A stretch of DNA of 62,526 bases, filler included, from Globobulimina sp. (Eukaryota), in the NCBI GenBank assembly GCA_003354225.1. It is 36 parts of 36 records of this genome, joined end to end, with 100 filler letters (N's around TTAATTAATTAA, not from the genome) between each part and the next. Parts side by side here need not be neighbours in the genome. Positions count along the whole stretch, not along the records: positions 46,986 to 48,623 come from PIVH01013773.1; positions 48,724 to 50,361 come from PIVH01013774.1; positions 50,462 to 52,099 come from PIVH01013775.1; positions 52,200 to 53,837 come from PIVH01013776.1; positions 53,938 to 55,575 come from PIVH01013777.1; positions 55,676 to 57,313 come from PIVH01013778.1; positions 57,414 to 59,051 come from PIVH01013779.1; 29 more parts are not named here. One strand, 5' to 3'. Below are positions 46,986-59,051 of this stretch, in pieces. How positions within the stretch are numbered: the first letter of the stretch is position 1; the number at the start of each line of letters is the position of its first letter. The position numbers and the translations under genes are program-made. The notes beneath the pieces are model-generated. The model worked only from the letters and a program-made list of their open reading frames with translations, was not told where the DNA came from and did not search any database.

Positions 46986-48623
46986 CCTAAATAGGTGTCC
47001 AATAAAGATACTCTGAGTGAAGTATTACGAAATATAACTTTCTGCATTAAAAACCATTCTAAAATAGATAAAATCAAACAGAATGTAAACCATATCGAAC
47101 TGCCTAAGATTTGGACACCGAAATGTTTAAATCCGCCATATATTAAACCTTTATCACCAACATGACCATTTGCGAATATTCCTTGCATAAAACATGCATA
47201 TACACCACAGCAAAGATGCACAGCCACAATGCTCAATGGATCTATTTATATACATATAGATATTCACTCTGTTATCAATAATATGTGATCTTTACCAGTT
47301 TGTATCGATTTTTATCAATCCGTATCGATAAAAATGGGCAAAAATTGCTATAAAACAGCATATATAAACAGTGTACATACCATCTAAACAAAATTTGTAT
47401 CGAATAATATGTGCTGAGCCAAAATAGATTCCAGAAGCAAAAAAGCCAATAATTGATGATGACCAAATCTCCAAAGAGTAACAGCCGGCAGTTATAGACA
47501 CCAATCCCGCTAAGATCGATCCTAAAGCATTATCAACATTTAATTTAACGCATCCTCTCCACATTAAGCTGAATATCACACATCCTCTCCAGATATATAT
47601 GTACAAAAATAGCAAAAGTAACAAAACATACATCATTGTCAGAAGAGCCGCCGAAGTGGGACCCATCACAGTGATCAAACCCACAGTATTTAAGATCTCT
47701 GAGCTAACCGTATCGTGTTTAACTGCTCCCGACATATTGAACCCAAACCAACCATACCATCTTACAGTACATATTCAGAAACAAAACAAGTTCGACATCA
47801 ACAACCAAACACGTTTAATGTTTCGGAATGAGCAAAGTTGTGAACGTGTTTCCATGCTAGAAAACGTTGTGTCACTGAAACATTAATCGTGTGGTCGCCT
47901 AGCTCTTTTTTCATCATTGCATACAGAATAAATGCGCCCATCGATGAAATGATGATTGATGCGGATTCATTTTTTATTTTAAGTGTTCCCATATCATTCA
48001 GCGAATCCCTTCGCGGCCCCAACTTGTAAATGGCGACCAACGAAGCAATGCCGCCGGTCGTATGCACCACCAATGAACCACCGCCATCCACAAAGCCCTG
48101 TTGATGTATGTATGGATGTATATGTATATGGATGTATATGTATATTGATGTATATGTATATGGAAAACAAGATACGTACCATTTGTCGTAACCAGCCAAT
48201 ATCTGACCATACCCAATGCGCTATGAATGAGTAATTGATGAGGATTGTTAAAAAACAGTACAAAATGTAAACTTTATTCTTCATTCTTTCGAGGACTCCG
48301 CCGGAGATAATGGTCGCGCAGGTCACAGCAAACAGGCACTGTATGGTTAATTTTGTGTGTTTTTGTGTATCTGAAATTGTTTGTTTTCTTTCCGCGTTGG
48401 TATACAAAAAAATTGATTGCCATTTCAGAAACTAAACTGCTTGAAATAAGTCGTCGTGCTCTTCTGGGGCCACCCCAATGAAATAGAAATCTGTCGGATA
48501 AGAAACCACACCGAAAAATGAAGCATTTGAGTTGACAAATGAATGAGTAAAAAGAATGTAAGTCAAAATCCCCTGTGATGTGAATTTGAAGGTGTATGTG
48601 GATTGGTGGTGGTGTATAGTAAC
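46986..48623 (-). CDS. amt: Ammonium transporter (Amt/Mep), multi-exon, partial
   Basis: FAVTCATIISGGVLER, AHWVW..GWL, VVHTTGG..LGPR, WYGWLGFN, LAGLVSITAGC and DPLSIVAVHLCCG. Confidence 0.92.
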
Positions 48624-49096
48624 NNNNNNNNNNNNNNNNNNNNNNNNNNNNNNNNNNNNNNNNNNNNTTAATTAATTAANNNNNNNNNNNNNNNNNNNNN
48701 NNNNNNNNNNNNNNNNNNNNNNNACCATCAAATAAATCACATAATAAACCAAAACGGGAGAATATAAATATAAATATCATCCAATTCCAGTTCCATTCAT
48801 CTTCAATTCCATTTAAATAGCTCCATACTGTTGATGATGATCGGACTGGTGCTTTGAGAACTTGATGTTTTGAACGAATTAAAATCATTTTAAAGAAAAA
48901 AAGAATTATTAATTGGCGATGAAGAGGAAAATAAAAAGAATGATTATGTTACATATTAAAGAGAAGCAATAGAGATTGCAAATACTAGTATTATATGTTA
49001 AACAACATCGCATTCCAGGAAGGATGTTAATTTCCTTATTCGATGTTAATTTCAATTTTGATGAAAATAGTAGTAGTACTACATTTAAAAAAAACT

Positions 49097-49170
49097 AATT
49101 TTGTACATGATTTTCAGAAACGAATTTTTTACATGAATTTCAGAAACGAATTTTGTACATGAATTTCAAG
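49097..49170 (+). repeat. 26-bp tandem repeat, about 3 copies
   Basis: AATTTTGTACATGAATTTCAGAAACG-like units. Confidence 0.8.
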
Positions 49171-50052
49171 GAAAAAACAATTCAGAATTTTCCAGAATTT
49201 TCTTAAGGATTTGTATAGGAATTATTGAAATTCTAATTTATTTTCCAGAAATTTCTGGAAAATAGAGAATATTTTGATTAGTCAGCAAAAAAAATTCACG
49301 ACAAAAAAAAATATTATAACTTGGTTCATCTCACACCATCAGTGCAAGGATAAAATTAATAAATAACTGCGCTAATTCGCATAAAAAAAACAAAAAAGGT
49401 GAAGGTGTCAGTTTTCACTTCAAAATCACGCCCAAGTTAAGTTTAAAAATTTGATAATATATTGATCATATATTGATAATATATTGATCGTACGATGTTG
49501 GTCTTAAAAATAATAAATTGCAATGCAATTCACTGGATGCATCATCTCCATACATGCCTAATTTAAGTTGTTTTGTCGAGACTAATAATTTTCTATCTCT
49601 CGCTTCATAATTACCATCCCTTGTTCCTATTTTTTTAACGGATCCACAATCTGCTTCGTACACCATTATATTATTTTGCAAATATTTATAATTATGATCT
49701 GCACCTTTTTGTAACAACCACCAAGCTTGAATGGATTTTATTTTATATTGCATTAACCAACGATTTATATGTTTTTGTCTTACAAATGTCTATTGCAATA
49801 AAAACCATAAGTTTGGCAGGACGAATATGACGAAGAAGATGGAGAGCTATATTATGCTGGGTGGAAACCTTTGAATATTACACTTTTAGGACTTGGTAAC
49901 GTATATAATAAATGGATGGAATCTAGATTGGTGAGAACATAACATAACTTTTCTTTTTATTTTTTCACTTTTTTGTAAATTTGTAAAAAATTTTGATTTA
50001 AGAGGGTCACCAAAATGAAAACTTTATGGAAAAAAAAATCGATTCTCCATGG

Positions 50053-50220
50053 AAAGTGTGAGATTACTATTGTTTGTCCGACCATATTTTTAAAAAGTGT
50101 GAGATGGATATACTTTGTCCGACGATAAAAATACGACTGTCCTAATAATTTCGATTTTCACAAAAGTGTGAGATGTATATACTTTGTCCGACGCTGAATC
50201 ACCAAAAGTGTGGGATTGTA
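50053..50220 (+). repeat. Interspersed direct repeats of about 31 bp (3 full, 1 partial)
   Basis: AAAAGTGTGAGATG(G/T)ATATACTTTGTCCGACG at about 50093 and 50162, a degenerate copy at 50053 and a partial copy at 50204. Confidence 0.8.
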
Positions 50221-50887
50221 CCAAATATTTTCTTATTTTTAGCAAATTGCATACTTTTCATAAATCTGTTTAAATGCATTTCATGAACCATATTTTGAAT
50301 CCAATCAATCTTTCGAGCTCCATACTTTTGTTGAAATGAAGTGATTTCAGCATCTACATCANNNNNNNNNNNNNNNNNNNNNNNNNNNNNNNNNNNNNNN
50401 NNNNNTTAATTAATTAANNNNNNNNNNNNNNNNNNNNNNNNNNNNNNNNNNNNNNNNNNNNAAGTAGACTTGAAATGTAACGGTCTCGAAAAAAACTTAG
50501 TTGGGCATAGTCTAATGGTTTATTTGATATTTTGTTTTTGTAATAACTGTATTGCAGGGGGGATCTCATCATCATTGTAGAAGTCAATGTGTCCATTAAT
50601 GTTTACAGCTAATGATCGGTGGTTGGTTGGCTGCTGTATTCATACCATTGGGGCTGGTTTGTTGGTGTGGGCTGTTATTTTGGAATGATATTCATTGGAA
50701 ATGGTATGTTTTTGTGCGGCGTTATAATGGTGCGTGTTGTTGGTAAGGATTGATGGGTCATTAAGTATTCCAAAATCACACTTTTTGTGTTTTCATCACA
50801 CTTTTTGTGTCACAGAATATAAACTTTGTTCTAAAAGCTCTAGAGAGAAGATAAGATGTTGCCATAAAAACCTTGTCAGTCCTCATA

Positions 50888-51765
50888 ATGTCAGCAATCC
50901 AAAGAAAAAAAACAAATATTGATAATAGACCAATATTAAAGCGTTTTGAAGATAAAGTAGTGTTAATAACAGGCGGTGCGCGTGGCATTGGACAGGCCGC
51001 TGCTTTACGGTTTGCATCGGAAGGCGCATATGTTTATGTTTTAGATATGGTGGACGGCTCTGAGACTTTAAATAAAATCAAAGATAAGAGTCACACATCA
51101 CATTCAAAATGCGGTTATTTCAAATTGAATGTCACAAACTATGATAATGTACAAAAATGCGTAGAAGCAATATACCAAAAACATGGTTATATTGATGCAT
51201 TAGTACAATGTGCGGGAATCACTGGAAAAACAGGAATTGAGTCACATACTGTGGATGCTGCGGATTTTGAGCGGGTTTGGAGAATAAATGTGTTGGGCGT
51301 TTTTCATTTATGTAAAGCTGTGATACCATATATGTTAAAAGCGAATTATGGCCGCATCGTAAATATTGCATCGATCTCAGGGAAGGAAGGGAATCGCGGA
51401 CAAGTTTCTTATGCCTCGTCCAAAGGCGCTGTCATCGCATTGACCAAAACAATGAGCAAAGATTACGCAAAGACTGGCATTACAATCAACAGTTTGGCAC
51501 CGGCTGTGATCCAAACTGCGATGGTTGCAGCTATGCCACGGTCGCAAGTTAAGATGATGACAAGTAAAATACCAATGGGCAGAACTGGCGAATTGAAGGA
51601 AATTGCCGCCGTCATTGCCTTTATGGCCTCTGAGGAGAACTCATTTTCGACAGGTTTCTGGTTTTCGATCTACTTCGTTCTTGCAATTGTGTTATAGTTA
51701 AATAATCGTTTGTTTTTGTTACAGGATTTTGCTTCGATATGACTGGAGGACGTGCAACATATTAA
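50888..51765 (+). CDS. Classical short-chain dehydrogenase/reductase, complete, intron 51654-51724
   Basis: TGGARGIG, NIASISG and YASSK motifs; splicing gives the C-terminus SFSTGFCFDMTGGRATY*. Confidence 0.92.
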
Positions 51766-51877
51766 TATTGACATTGGCATTTGATAAATGCTGTACGTGC
51801 TTATAATAATTTTATACCAGTTTGTAATTGAGGCATTAAAACAAAATAAAAAAAAAAGAACAAAAGTATTAATATGA

Positions 51878-51905
51878 TAGGGCTCTCCGATTAGTACTGA
51901 ATTTT
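51878..51905 (+). mobile_element. Single TIR related to the 26232-27255 element
   Basis: TAGGGCTCTCCGATTAGTACTGAATTTT versus TAGGGGTGTCCGATAAGTACTGATTTTT: 24 of 28 positions identical. Confidence 0.55.
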
Positions 51906-52241
51906 GAAAAAACTTATCAAAAAAAAAAGTTTTGATACTCAAAGCAATTTAAAATCATTATCTCCAGATTCCCGTGTCCTTATTCCTACGGCAGGATAAT
52001 AGATTTTATTTTTGTCTTTCAATTCTGCCTCAAACACAAATTCACCATTTTTCCAAAAACAAACTGTCCAAAAATTACAATCCAATCGAACTCTGATTAN
52101 NNNNNNNNNNNNNNNNNNNNNNNNNNNNNNNNNNNNNNNNNNNTTAATTAATTAANNNNNNNNNNNNNNNNNNNNNNNNNNNNNNNNNNNNNNNNNNNNG
52201 TTTGATTAACACAATATAACAAAATAAAACAGTTATACCAG

Positions 52242-53837
52242 GCTAATATATGTAACAACAGATGGTTCAAATAACTTTGACTGTGGTAAAACTGCAGAGA
52301 ACGGATGCGGCACTTTATTCTATGCAACATGGGACTCAATATATGATACTTACACCGAAGTTATTGTTCAAGGCCAAAATACAGAATCTATTATAGACGA
52401 CATAGCAAACTATAATGTAAATCCATGCATTGTAGCATTTGGCTCCACCTCTCCTGGTATGACAATTACATTTGATGCCAATTATGTGCACGCAATGAAA
52501 GATTGGTATAATACGGAGTTATGTGAGTCCTTCACACCGGCGGGTGTTTTACATTTGTATGATCATTTCATTCCTGTCATTGCGTCCGAAATTGTTACGA
52601 CATTGACAGTAAATAATTTGATAATCGATTCGTATGTGTTTGATGGCAGCGAGACGCAGCCAAATTATATTATACGATCACAGAATATATTCGTTTGTAA
52701 TTATTGTAAATTTAGAAATCTCACTATTCGTTCAAATCATCACTCCGTCAATAATGAGTCAGCATTAATCGTTGGAAGAGATATGAGATTTTATGATTGT
52801 TTGTTTGAGAATATAACGTATATTCCATCTGGTATCGATTCTGATGTTTATCAATATGAGTATACATTTATTATGATGAAGGGAGGCAATTTTGGTTTTG
52901 GTTTTTTAGCCTCGTTTACATTAAACTTTGAAATTATATTTTCAACAATCAGTCAAATCAATATGTTAAATTCTTTTGTTTCATTATATCCTTCCGATGA
53001 TTCAAAAAGTGTAAGAGATTCCAACGGATCGATGTTAAATGACAATTTTACACTTAACACATTCATTCAACATGACACATTTAGGGAGAATAAAGTGGTT
53101 GATGCTATTTTTTATCACCAAGTAGGCCATGGAGTCGCTACTCTACATATTTTAAACACCAGTTTTTTCAATTTGAATTTGGGTATGCAATATTTTACAT
53201 ATTTATTAAATTGATCTTTTATATCGTCCTACAAATATTTAATTAGGTTCTATCTTACATTCAGTGGATGAAAGTTCGATAATATCGATCCAAAATGTAA
53301 ACATAAGCACATTACAAACCATTGAAGACTATATTAACAGCAAAAGCAATATTGGAAGGACTGATAACGATTTATACTCATTGTTCGTATTTGAATCAGA
53401 ATTAGATACAATTACCATTAATAATGTAAATGTTGAATATATTTACATGAGTTATTTAGTGGACCACTGTGGGATAAAAGGACAGCAACCAACAGATTGG
53501 CAGCAATTAGAAGAGTTTGGTTTTGAAATAGATTTTTGGTTTTTTACATATTTTTGTAACATTCCAATACAATTCCTTGACACTACATCCTCTGTAAATA
53601 TCACAGATTTGAGTGTAAGAAATGATATTAATAATGTACAATTTGAGTCAGCTCGAGATTCTCTGATTGATGGTATACATACAAATTATGGTAATCCATC
53701 GCGAAAGATTTATATTGATTTTTTATACAACTATGATGTATCTGATTATTCATTTATTTACAGTGAAGGAACAGTTGCTATTAAATCTTTAAATGTATAT
53801 GGTGCAGGTGCTCATTACCAAATTGTTAATTGCGCCA
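52242..53837 (+). CDS. Extracellular beta-helix-like protein, intron 53183-53246, partial
   Basis: IYVTTDGSNNFDCG..GCGTLFYA start motif and repeated I.NC.F.N-type strands. Confidence 0.55.
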
Positions 53838-53937
53838 NNNNNNNNNNNNNNNNNNNNNNNNNNNNNNNNNNNNNNNNNNNNTTAATTAATTAANNNNNNN
53901 NNNNNNNNNNNNNNNNNNNNNNNNNNNNNNNNNNNNN

Positions 53938-54333
53938 GTGCTCTGATTGAAAATGGTTCCATATACATCGATGCCAATACTTATCTTCGGGTCTTTTCAC
54001 TCCGCAGTTGGCATTTAATAGAGAATAGCGACAAAATGTAATGTATAAAGATGTGGTTCCAGTTTTAGCTAAACCCAAACCTAATAAAATGCCATCTATT
54101 CTCGGATCTTGCTGTGTGTCAACTTGTGGGAGCAGCGCGTATTTTGGATTTATGCCATTTCCATGTTGGTAGAGTTCAGATGATAACACATGCCGAAAAA
54201 TAGCAACATAGAACAGAATTGTAATGAATAACAATACACAACAAAAGAAAGCTATCTTCTGTGTGAACCGCAGATTTTTGTACAATAGGTAAAGATTAGT
54301 AACGTGGATTGTATCCATAGGTAAAGTATAATT
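53938..54333 (-). CDS. Type II membrane sulfotransferase-like protein, 3' partial
   Basis: A TM anchor followed by the PAPS-loop-like GLGLAKTGTTSL. Confidence 0.6.
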
Positions 54334-54436
54334 AGTATCCATGGTACAGTTAGACACTTAGACTAGTAGTGGGGCAAAATTCAATCAGGCCGTGACTTAG
54401 ACTGTACAGTTTTTGCACACATCAACACATCACAGT

Positions 54437-55540
54437 TCAAATATTTCCTCCCCAACCAACACGCCTACTATCTTGATACCGAAACTGAATTAGATTGACA
54501 TTTTGTGGATTCCTCCTTGCGGTATCAATCAATATTCCACCATGTCGTATATACCGAACAATTATCTTTGCAATGTTTGATACATCGTCCATCCCAGAAT
54601 GGTGCGTTCCTAACAATGGGATTTTCAAATAACGTAAAATTGCTTTCATCCCTTTCATGTTACTCGCATCACAGCCGGGATATAAATTTAATCCAAAATC
54701 CTTAATATTCATCCATTCATACATATACCTCGGGAATTTATTGCCTATTCCACATCGATAGCATTGCAACGGAATCTGTTTGGCGATATCCCAATTGCCA
54801 CAAATTCCAAACAACAAACTCTTTTTATTATTGCCTAAATCATGAAACACATGATTTGCTTTTAACCACTTATCAAAATTCTCCATCACATTGGCAAATG
54901 GAATAGCATTCGAATCTTTGTTATAAAAATTAGCATCCAATAATTCTGCCTTTTTCTCATTATAATTATCTGTATCAAACAACTTATCTTTAATCCACTG
55001 TTCCGGGATAACATAGTTATGAAATCTGCCAACTTCTGTCATAGTATTCAAGTTTATTAACAACACAGGAAACTCCAATATTTCTGGTAATCCTTCCAAA
55101 TCCAACACAGCCAAATAATTAAATAACGAAGATTTATACCATTTATTTTGTGATTGGTTGTTACTTAACACTGCAAAGTTACATTGTAATCCACTGTAAG
55201 TCACCCAATCTTTCTCTTTTTTTAATAATACTTTGGCATTGTGTGCACTTTGCGATATTTTCAAACATGGACACTCAGCACCATATTTACAGTATCCTGC
55301 TGCATAAAGTATGCACCGATTAGTTACATTTGGTAGCTGGTCAAGATACGAAGTAAGTTTCGTAACAGGTATATTCATAAAATATGTCATTGTATTTTTT
55401 TCTTTTTTTTTAAGTTTAGCCATTTCTGCATAACCATCGTATACATTGCTAACGTTTCTGTTGCTGTTTGATTTATTTCGTTTTCTGTGCCGTCTTTTGG
55501 AAAGTCTTTTTTCCGATTTTTGTTTTGTTGTTTGGTGCAT
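54437..55540 (-). CDS. ERI1-family DEDDh 3'-5' exoribonuclease with a CCCH-like finger
   Basis: LAVLDLEG, EILEFP, FHNYV.P, CGNWDI and GTHHSGMDD..NIAKI. Confidence 0.88.
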   Translation of the reverse strand: MHQTTKQKSEKRLSKRRHRKRNKSNSNRNVSNVYDGYAEMAKLKKKEKNTMTYFMNIPVTKLTSYLDQLPNVTNRCILYAAGYCKYGAECPCLKISQSAHNAKVLLKKEKDWVTYSGLQCNFAVLSNNQSQNKWYKSSLFNYLAVLDLEGLPEILEFPVLLINLNTMTEVGRFHNYVIPEQWIKDKLFDTDNYNEKKAELLDANFYNKDSNAIPFANVMENFDKWLKANHVFHDLGNNKKSLLFGICGNWDIAKQIPLQCYRCGIGNKFPRYMYEWMNIKDFGLNLYPGCDASNMKGMKAILRYLKIPLLGTHHSGMDDVSNIAKIIVRYIRHGGILIDTARRNPQNVNLIQFRYQDSRRVGWGGNI

Positions 55541-56090
55541 GGATATTCTTATATTTTTGTTTGGTTTCGCATTATNNNNNNNNNNNNNNNNNNNNNNNNN
55601 NNNNNNNNNNNNNNNNNNNTTAATTAATTAANNNNNNNNNNNNNNNNNNNNNNNNNNNNNNNNNNNNNNNNNNNNTTTTATTTAAGTAATTCTGTTGCTG
55701 ATTACTCATTCAATGATGCCAGTTCATATGATATGATGGATCCCTTCAATTCTGAACCAGTTTACTTTGATTGGGATGAAAATGGTACCGACACTAAATG
55801 CTCATTGTTATTACAATTATTGTCTATGAGTTGTTCGTTTGCTTCGGTTTGTTTCATACTATGTTGTTTGTAATAATAATATATGAGTGCTGACCCAATA
55901 ACGATCACAGTTGATAATACAATAATTTTTTTAGCCGAAAACGTAGATATTGTTAGCTGCTGTAGTCTTGGATTTGGCTTTCTGTGTTTAAACCTTGATG
56001 CCATGGCTAGAATAGTGAAAAATGCAAATGTCAAGTTACTGCTCTTTACCACTATGTATGTATATACAAATCGCGTGTCAATATTATATG

Positions 56091-57128
56091 TCACACAAGA
56101 TCATTTTGAACGGATTTTCGCGATTCTTCAAAACGCGCATCTTGATAATGAGCAAACATTTTCCTATTCTGATTATCAATATACTGCCCTGCCAAAAATG
56201 TATCCACAAATCGTAGATTTTCAATATTAGGATCATCCTCTTTAACCATATTATGTGCATCTATTAAAGCATCTGAGTTACAGTCATAAAAAATAGCAAT
56301 GCCATATCTCTTCCTTGTTCTATTCCGATTGACGACTCTATGCACTGTAGATTTTAATTTAAACGCCGACCACTTTTCCAATATATCTCCAATATTAATA
56401 ATCAATGTGCCATCAATTGGTTTGACATCAATCCATTTCTGCTGTAACCTCGAATAAAATTGTAAACCGCCATTGTCATCTTGCAACAACACAGTAATAA
56501 CTCCGAAATCTGTATGCGGCCCAACTGCATAAACTTGCGTCTCTCTATCAATGGGAATGGGATAATATAAAAGTTGCCCCCGTCCTAATGGTTTTGTATA
56601 ATATTGCTTAAAAAAATGCTGCTCGAGTCCCAAACCAATGGCAATTGATTCCAATATTATATCTCCGACACGCATAACTTGATTGTAATATGGATATATT
56701 TTAGCTGGTAATTGAGGCATAAACGCTGGCCATTGATTTAATGCAACCAGTGGTTGGACGCCAATGTCCGGGTCATTTGGTTTAAAACGAGGACCAAAAA
56801 ATAAAACCTGTTTGAAATCAGTTATATTGGTATATTTCATTTTGGCGTTAACTGCAGATTCGGATAAGGTTGAACTATGTAACCAGCCTCGTTGGTTTTC
56901 GTCAATTTTAATTTGTGATTTCAGAGCATTTGAGTATGAGATTTTTTTTTCGTCAATTTTAATTTGTAATGTCGCACGATTCATTTTCTGCAGTGACTGT
57001 CCAAAAAAACAAAATAGTATTATGTATGTGATACACTTGCGATTGAGCATCATTGAATACTCATTATTATTCTCATTCAGAATAATATGACCATATTGTA
57101 TGCTGACGTGTACCTTCCAGCTTGTCAT
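56091..57128 (-). CDS. 2-oxoglutarate/Fe(II) oxygenase (isopenicillin N synthase-like); 5' part spliced and uncertain
   Basis: NQWP, LLYYP, GPHTDFGVITVLLQD, INIGDILEKWS and STVHRVVN. Confidence 0.9.
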   Translation of the reverse strand: MTSWKVHVSIQYGHIILNENNNEYSMMLNRKCITYIILFCFFGQSLQKMNRATLQIKIDEKKISYSNALKSQIKIDENQRGWLHSSTLSESAVNAKMKYTNITDFKQVLFFGPRFKPNDPDIGVQPLVALNQWPAFMPQLPAKIYPYYNQVMRVGDIILESIAIGLGLEQHFFKQYYTKPLGRGQLLYYPIPIDRETQVYAVGPHTDFGVITVLLQDDNGGLQFYSRLQQKWIDVKPIDGTLIINIGDILEKWSAFKLKSTVHRVVNRNRTRKRYGIAIFYDCNSDALIDAHNMVKEDDPNIENLRFVDTFLAGQYIDNQNRKMFAHYQDARFEESRKSVQNDLV

Positions 57129-57413
57129 AATTATACATCAACGCAAATGTATCACATAATTAAATGTGTATTTTGAATTAATTCATTTGTCTGTAAGACA
57201 GTGTCACCAATTTGATTACCTATTTCTTGAATAGATCCAACTACATCATCTCCAGAATTCGCTTTTACCAAAATACTGCCAAAAATAAACAAAGAAAAGC
57301 TCAATATTGACCCNNNNNNNNNNNNNNNNNNNNNNNNNNNNNNNNNNNNNNNNNNNNTTAATTAATTAANNNNNNNNNNNNNNNNNNNNNNNNNNNNNNN
57401 NNNNNNNNNNNNN

Positions 57414-58505
57414 ACCCACAGAGACTGGATGTTCAAATGATATCTCATCACTCGATACAAACTGTGGATGTCCACTGATCACTTGCGTTTTATCCAAACT
57501 TTCATCATAAATATCCTGCAAACCTCCAATAAAAGTATACGCAGTGACCCTCGCCAACTCATACGCGATTTTCATCAAATATCCTCCAAATATCTTACCA
57601 TTCCGATTCAAATGCTGTGGCTGGCAAATGACTACATTTTCTTTCAATGTTTTATTAATTGCACTGAACTGATCTTTATCGCTCATATTGATTTGATTTC
57701 GAACATGTATATCCAACCATATTTGATGTATAATGTCGCTTTCTTCAGACGACGGTTTGATGACAGTCAGCTTCTTTGCTCTCTCTTCTTTCTTTAACTG
57801 CGCATCAAACCGACCACGAATGAAATTTTGCTGCGCCATCTCATCGTCGAGCAATAATGTGTTGATTTTGATGGATTTCCCACTCATTCCATCCCGAGCA
57901 ACCATGATAAAGTTAGCAGTGCAGATTATGATATTCGAATCGTTTTTGTCATAGACACTGATTTGTATATTAATGGAAGAGCTTCCAACATAGATCGGAG
58001 TTCCTTGCATTACTAAGTTTTTATTTAACGGGAATCTCCGTTTTAAATCAATGCGATCCACGCAAGCTGTTACAAATGAAATGGGATAATTATCATTGTT
58101 ATGGGCGTGGCATTCTGCAACATTGCCAGCCAAAGAGTCCATATCTTCTAAAATTCGACCAAAACGAACACCGCCATCAAATCTTATATATTCACTCAGA
58201 ATGCGCTCATTATCTACAAATTCGTACAACATACAAATGCTGGACTGCCATGGCGGTTTTTCGATTAATGGTAAACGTATCGGAGGGTTATTCTTATCGA
58301 TGTTGTCCTTCCTGGCTTGATTCATTCGTAGTTGCCATAATCCACTGGTCTGACTGGTGACCGCTTTGCTTTCTTTATACATTGCATAATTTATGTTTAC
58401 ATGACCTATATCGGTGGGTGTAGATGCACAAAAATATCCTTTCTGTCGAAGTTGAATGGGATGTGTTGGATTACGGAATTTGAGAATTCGTCGATACCAA
58501 GCCAT
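57414..58505 (-). CDS. ACOT9: Acyl-CoA thioesterase 9-like (double hot-dog), 3' partial
   Basis: VRFGRILEDMDSLAG, FVTACVDRI, YVGSSSI and NRNGKIFGGYLM..AYELA; mitochondrial-type presequence. Confidence 0.9.
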
Positions 58506-58670
58506 GTTGTTCAAAAGTGTAGCTAGTTGGGAGGGGGTTAAGTATACACAAATTAACACACATATATTATTAATATAGCACAGAAAAACGAGAGGAATAA
58601 AAAAAAATATACAAATAAACGAGAAGAAAAAAAATATACAAAAATAAATTTTTATTAAAAAATAATTGCA

Positions 58671-59051
58671 TTATAAATATGTTGGTGTTGCTGCTTTATA
58701 ATAAGGAATATTTTGATTCATTAATATTTTCTGTTTATCCAATTGCCTTTGTGATTGTTCTTGCATTTTGCCAGCATATCTTTTAAAATATGTCTTGAAC
58801 CAATAATTTGTTATAACCTTTTTAATGTCAAAACGTTGAGTTTCCTGCGTACACAAACAGCCACCAATTAACGTAATTAATTTATCATTATACAAATGTG
58901 ATAAATGTTTCATATCTAAGAACAGATCAAATTGTTTATGTTTACACGACCAATATCCAGAATCAGTACTCACTTGTTTCTCATATGGGAAAATTCCAAA
59001 TGACATATAAAATAAAATCACACCAAAGCTCCAAATATCAGCTTTTCTGCC
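58671..59051 (-). CDS. Ser/Thr protein kinase C-terminus
   Basis: GRKADIWSFGVILFYMSFGIFPY (subdomain IX) and ..QRFDIKKVITNYWF (subdomain XI). Confidence 0.85.
   Translation of the reverse strand, partial: GRKADIWSFGVILFYMSFGIFPYEKQVSTDSGYWSCKHKQFDLFLDMKHLSHLYNDKLITLIGGCLCTQETQRFDIKKVITNYWFKTYFKRYAGKMQEQSQRQLDKQKILMNQNIPYYKAATPTYL

Noticed and set aside
48105..48162. GTAT/ATAT microsatellite-like tract and the ORFs crossing it
   Set aside because: It is low-complexity intron sequence within the Amt gene.
50053..50220. CRISPR array
   Set aside because: There are only 3-4 degenerate repeats, the spacers are irregular (about 10, 37 and 10 bp), the context is eukaryotic and no cas genes are present.
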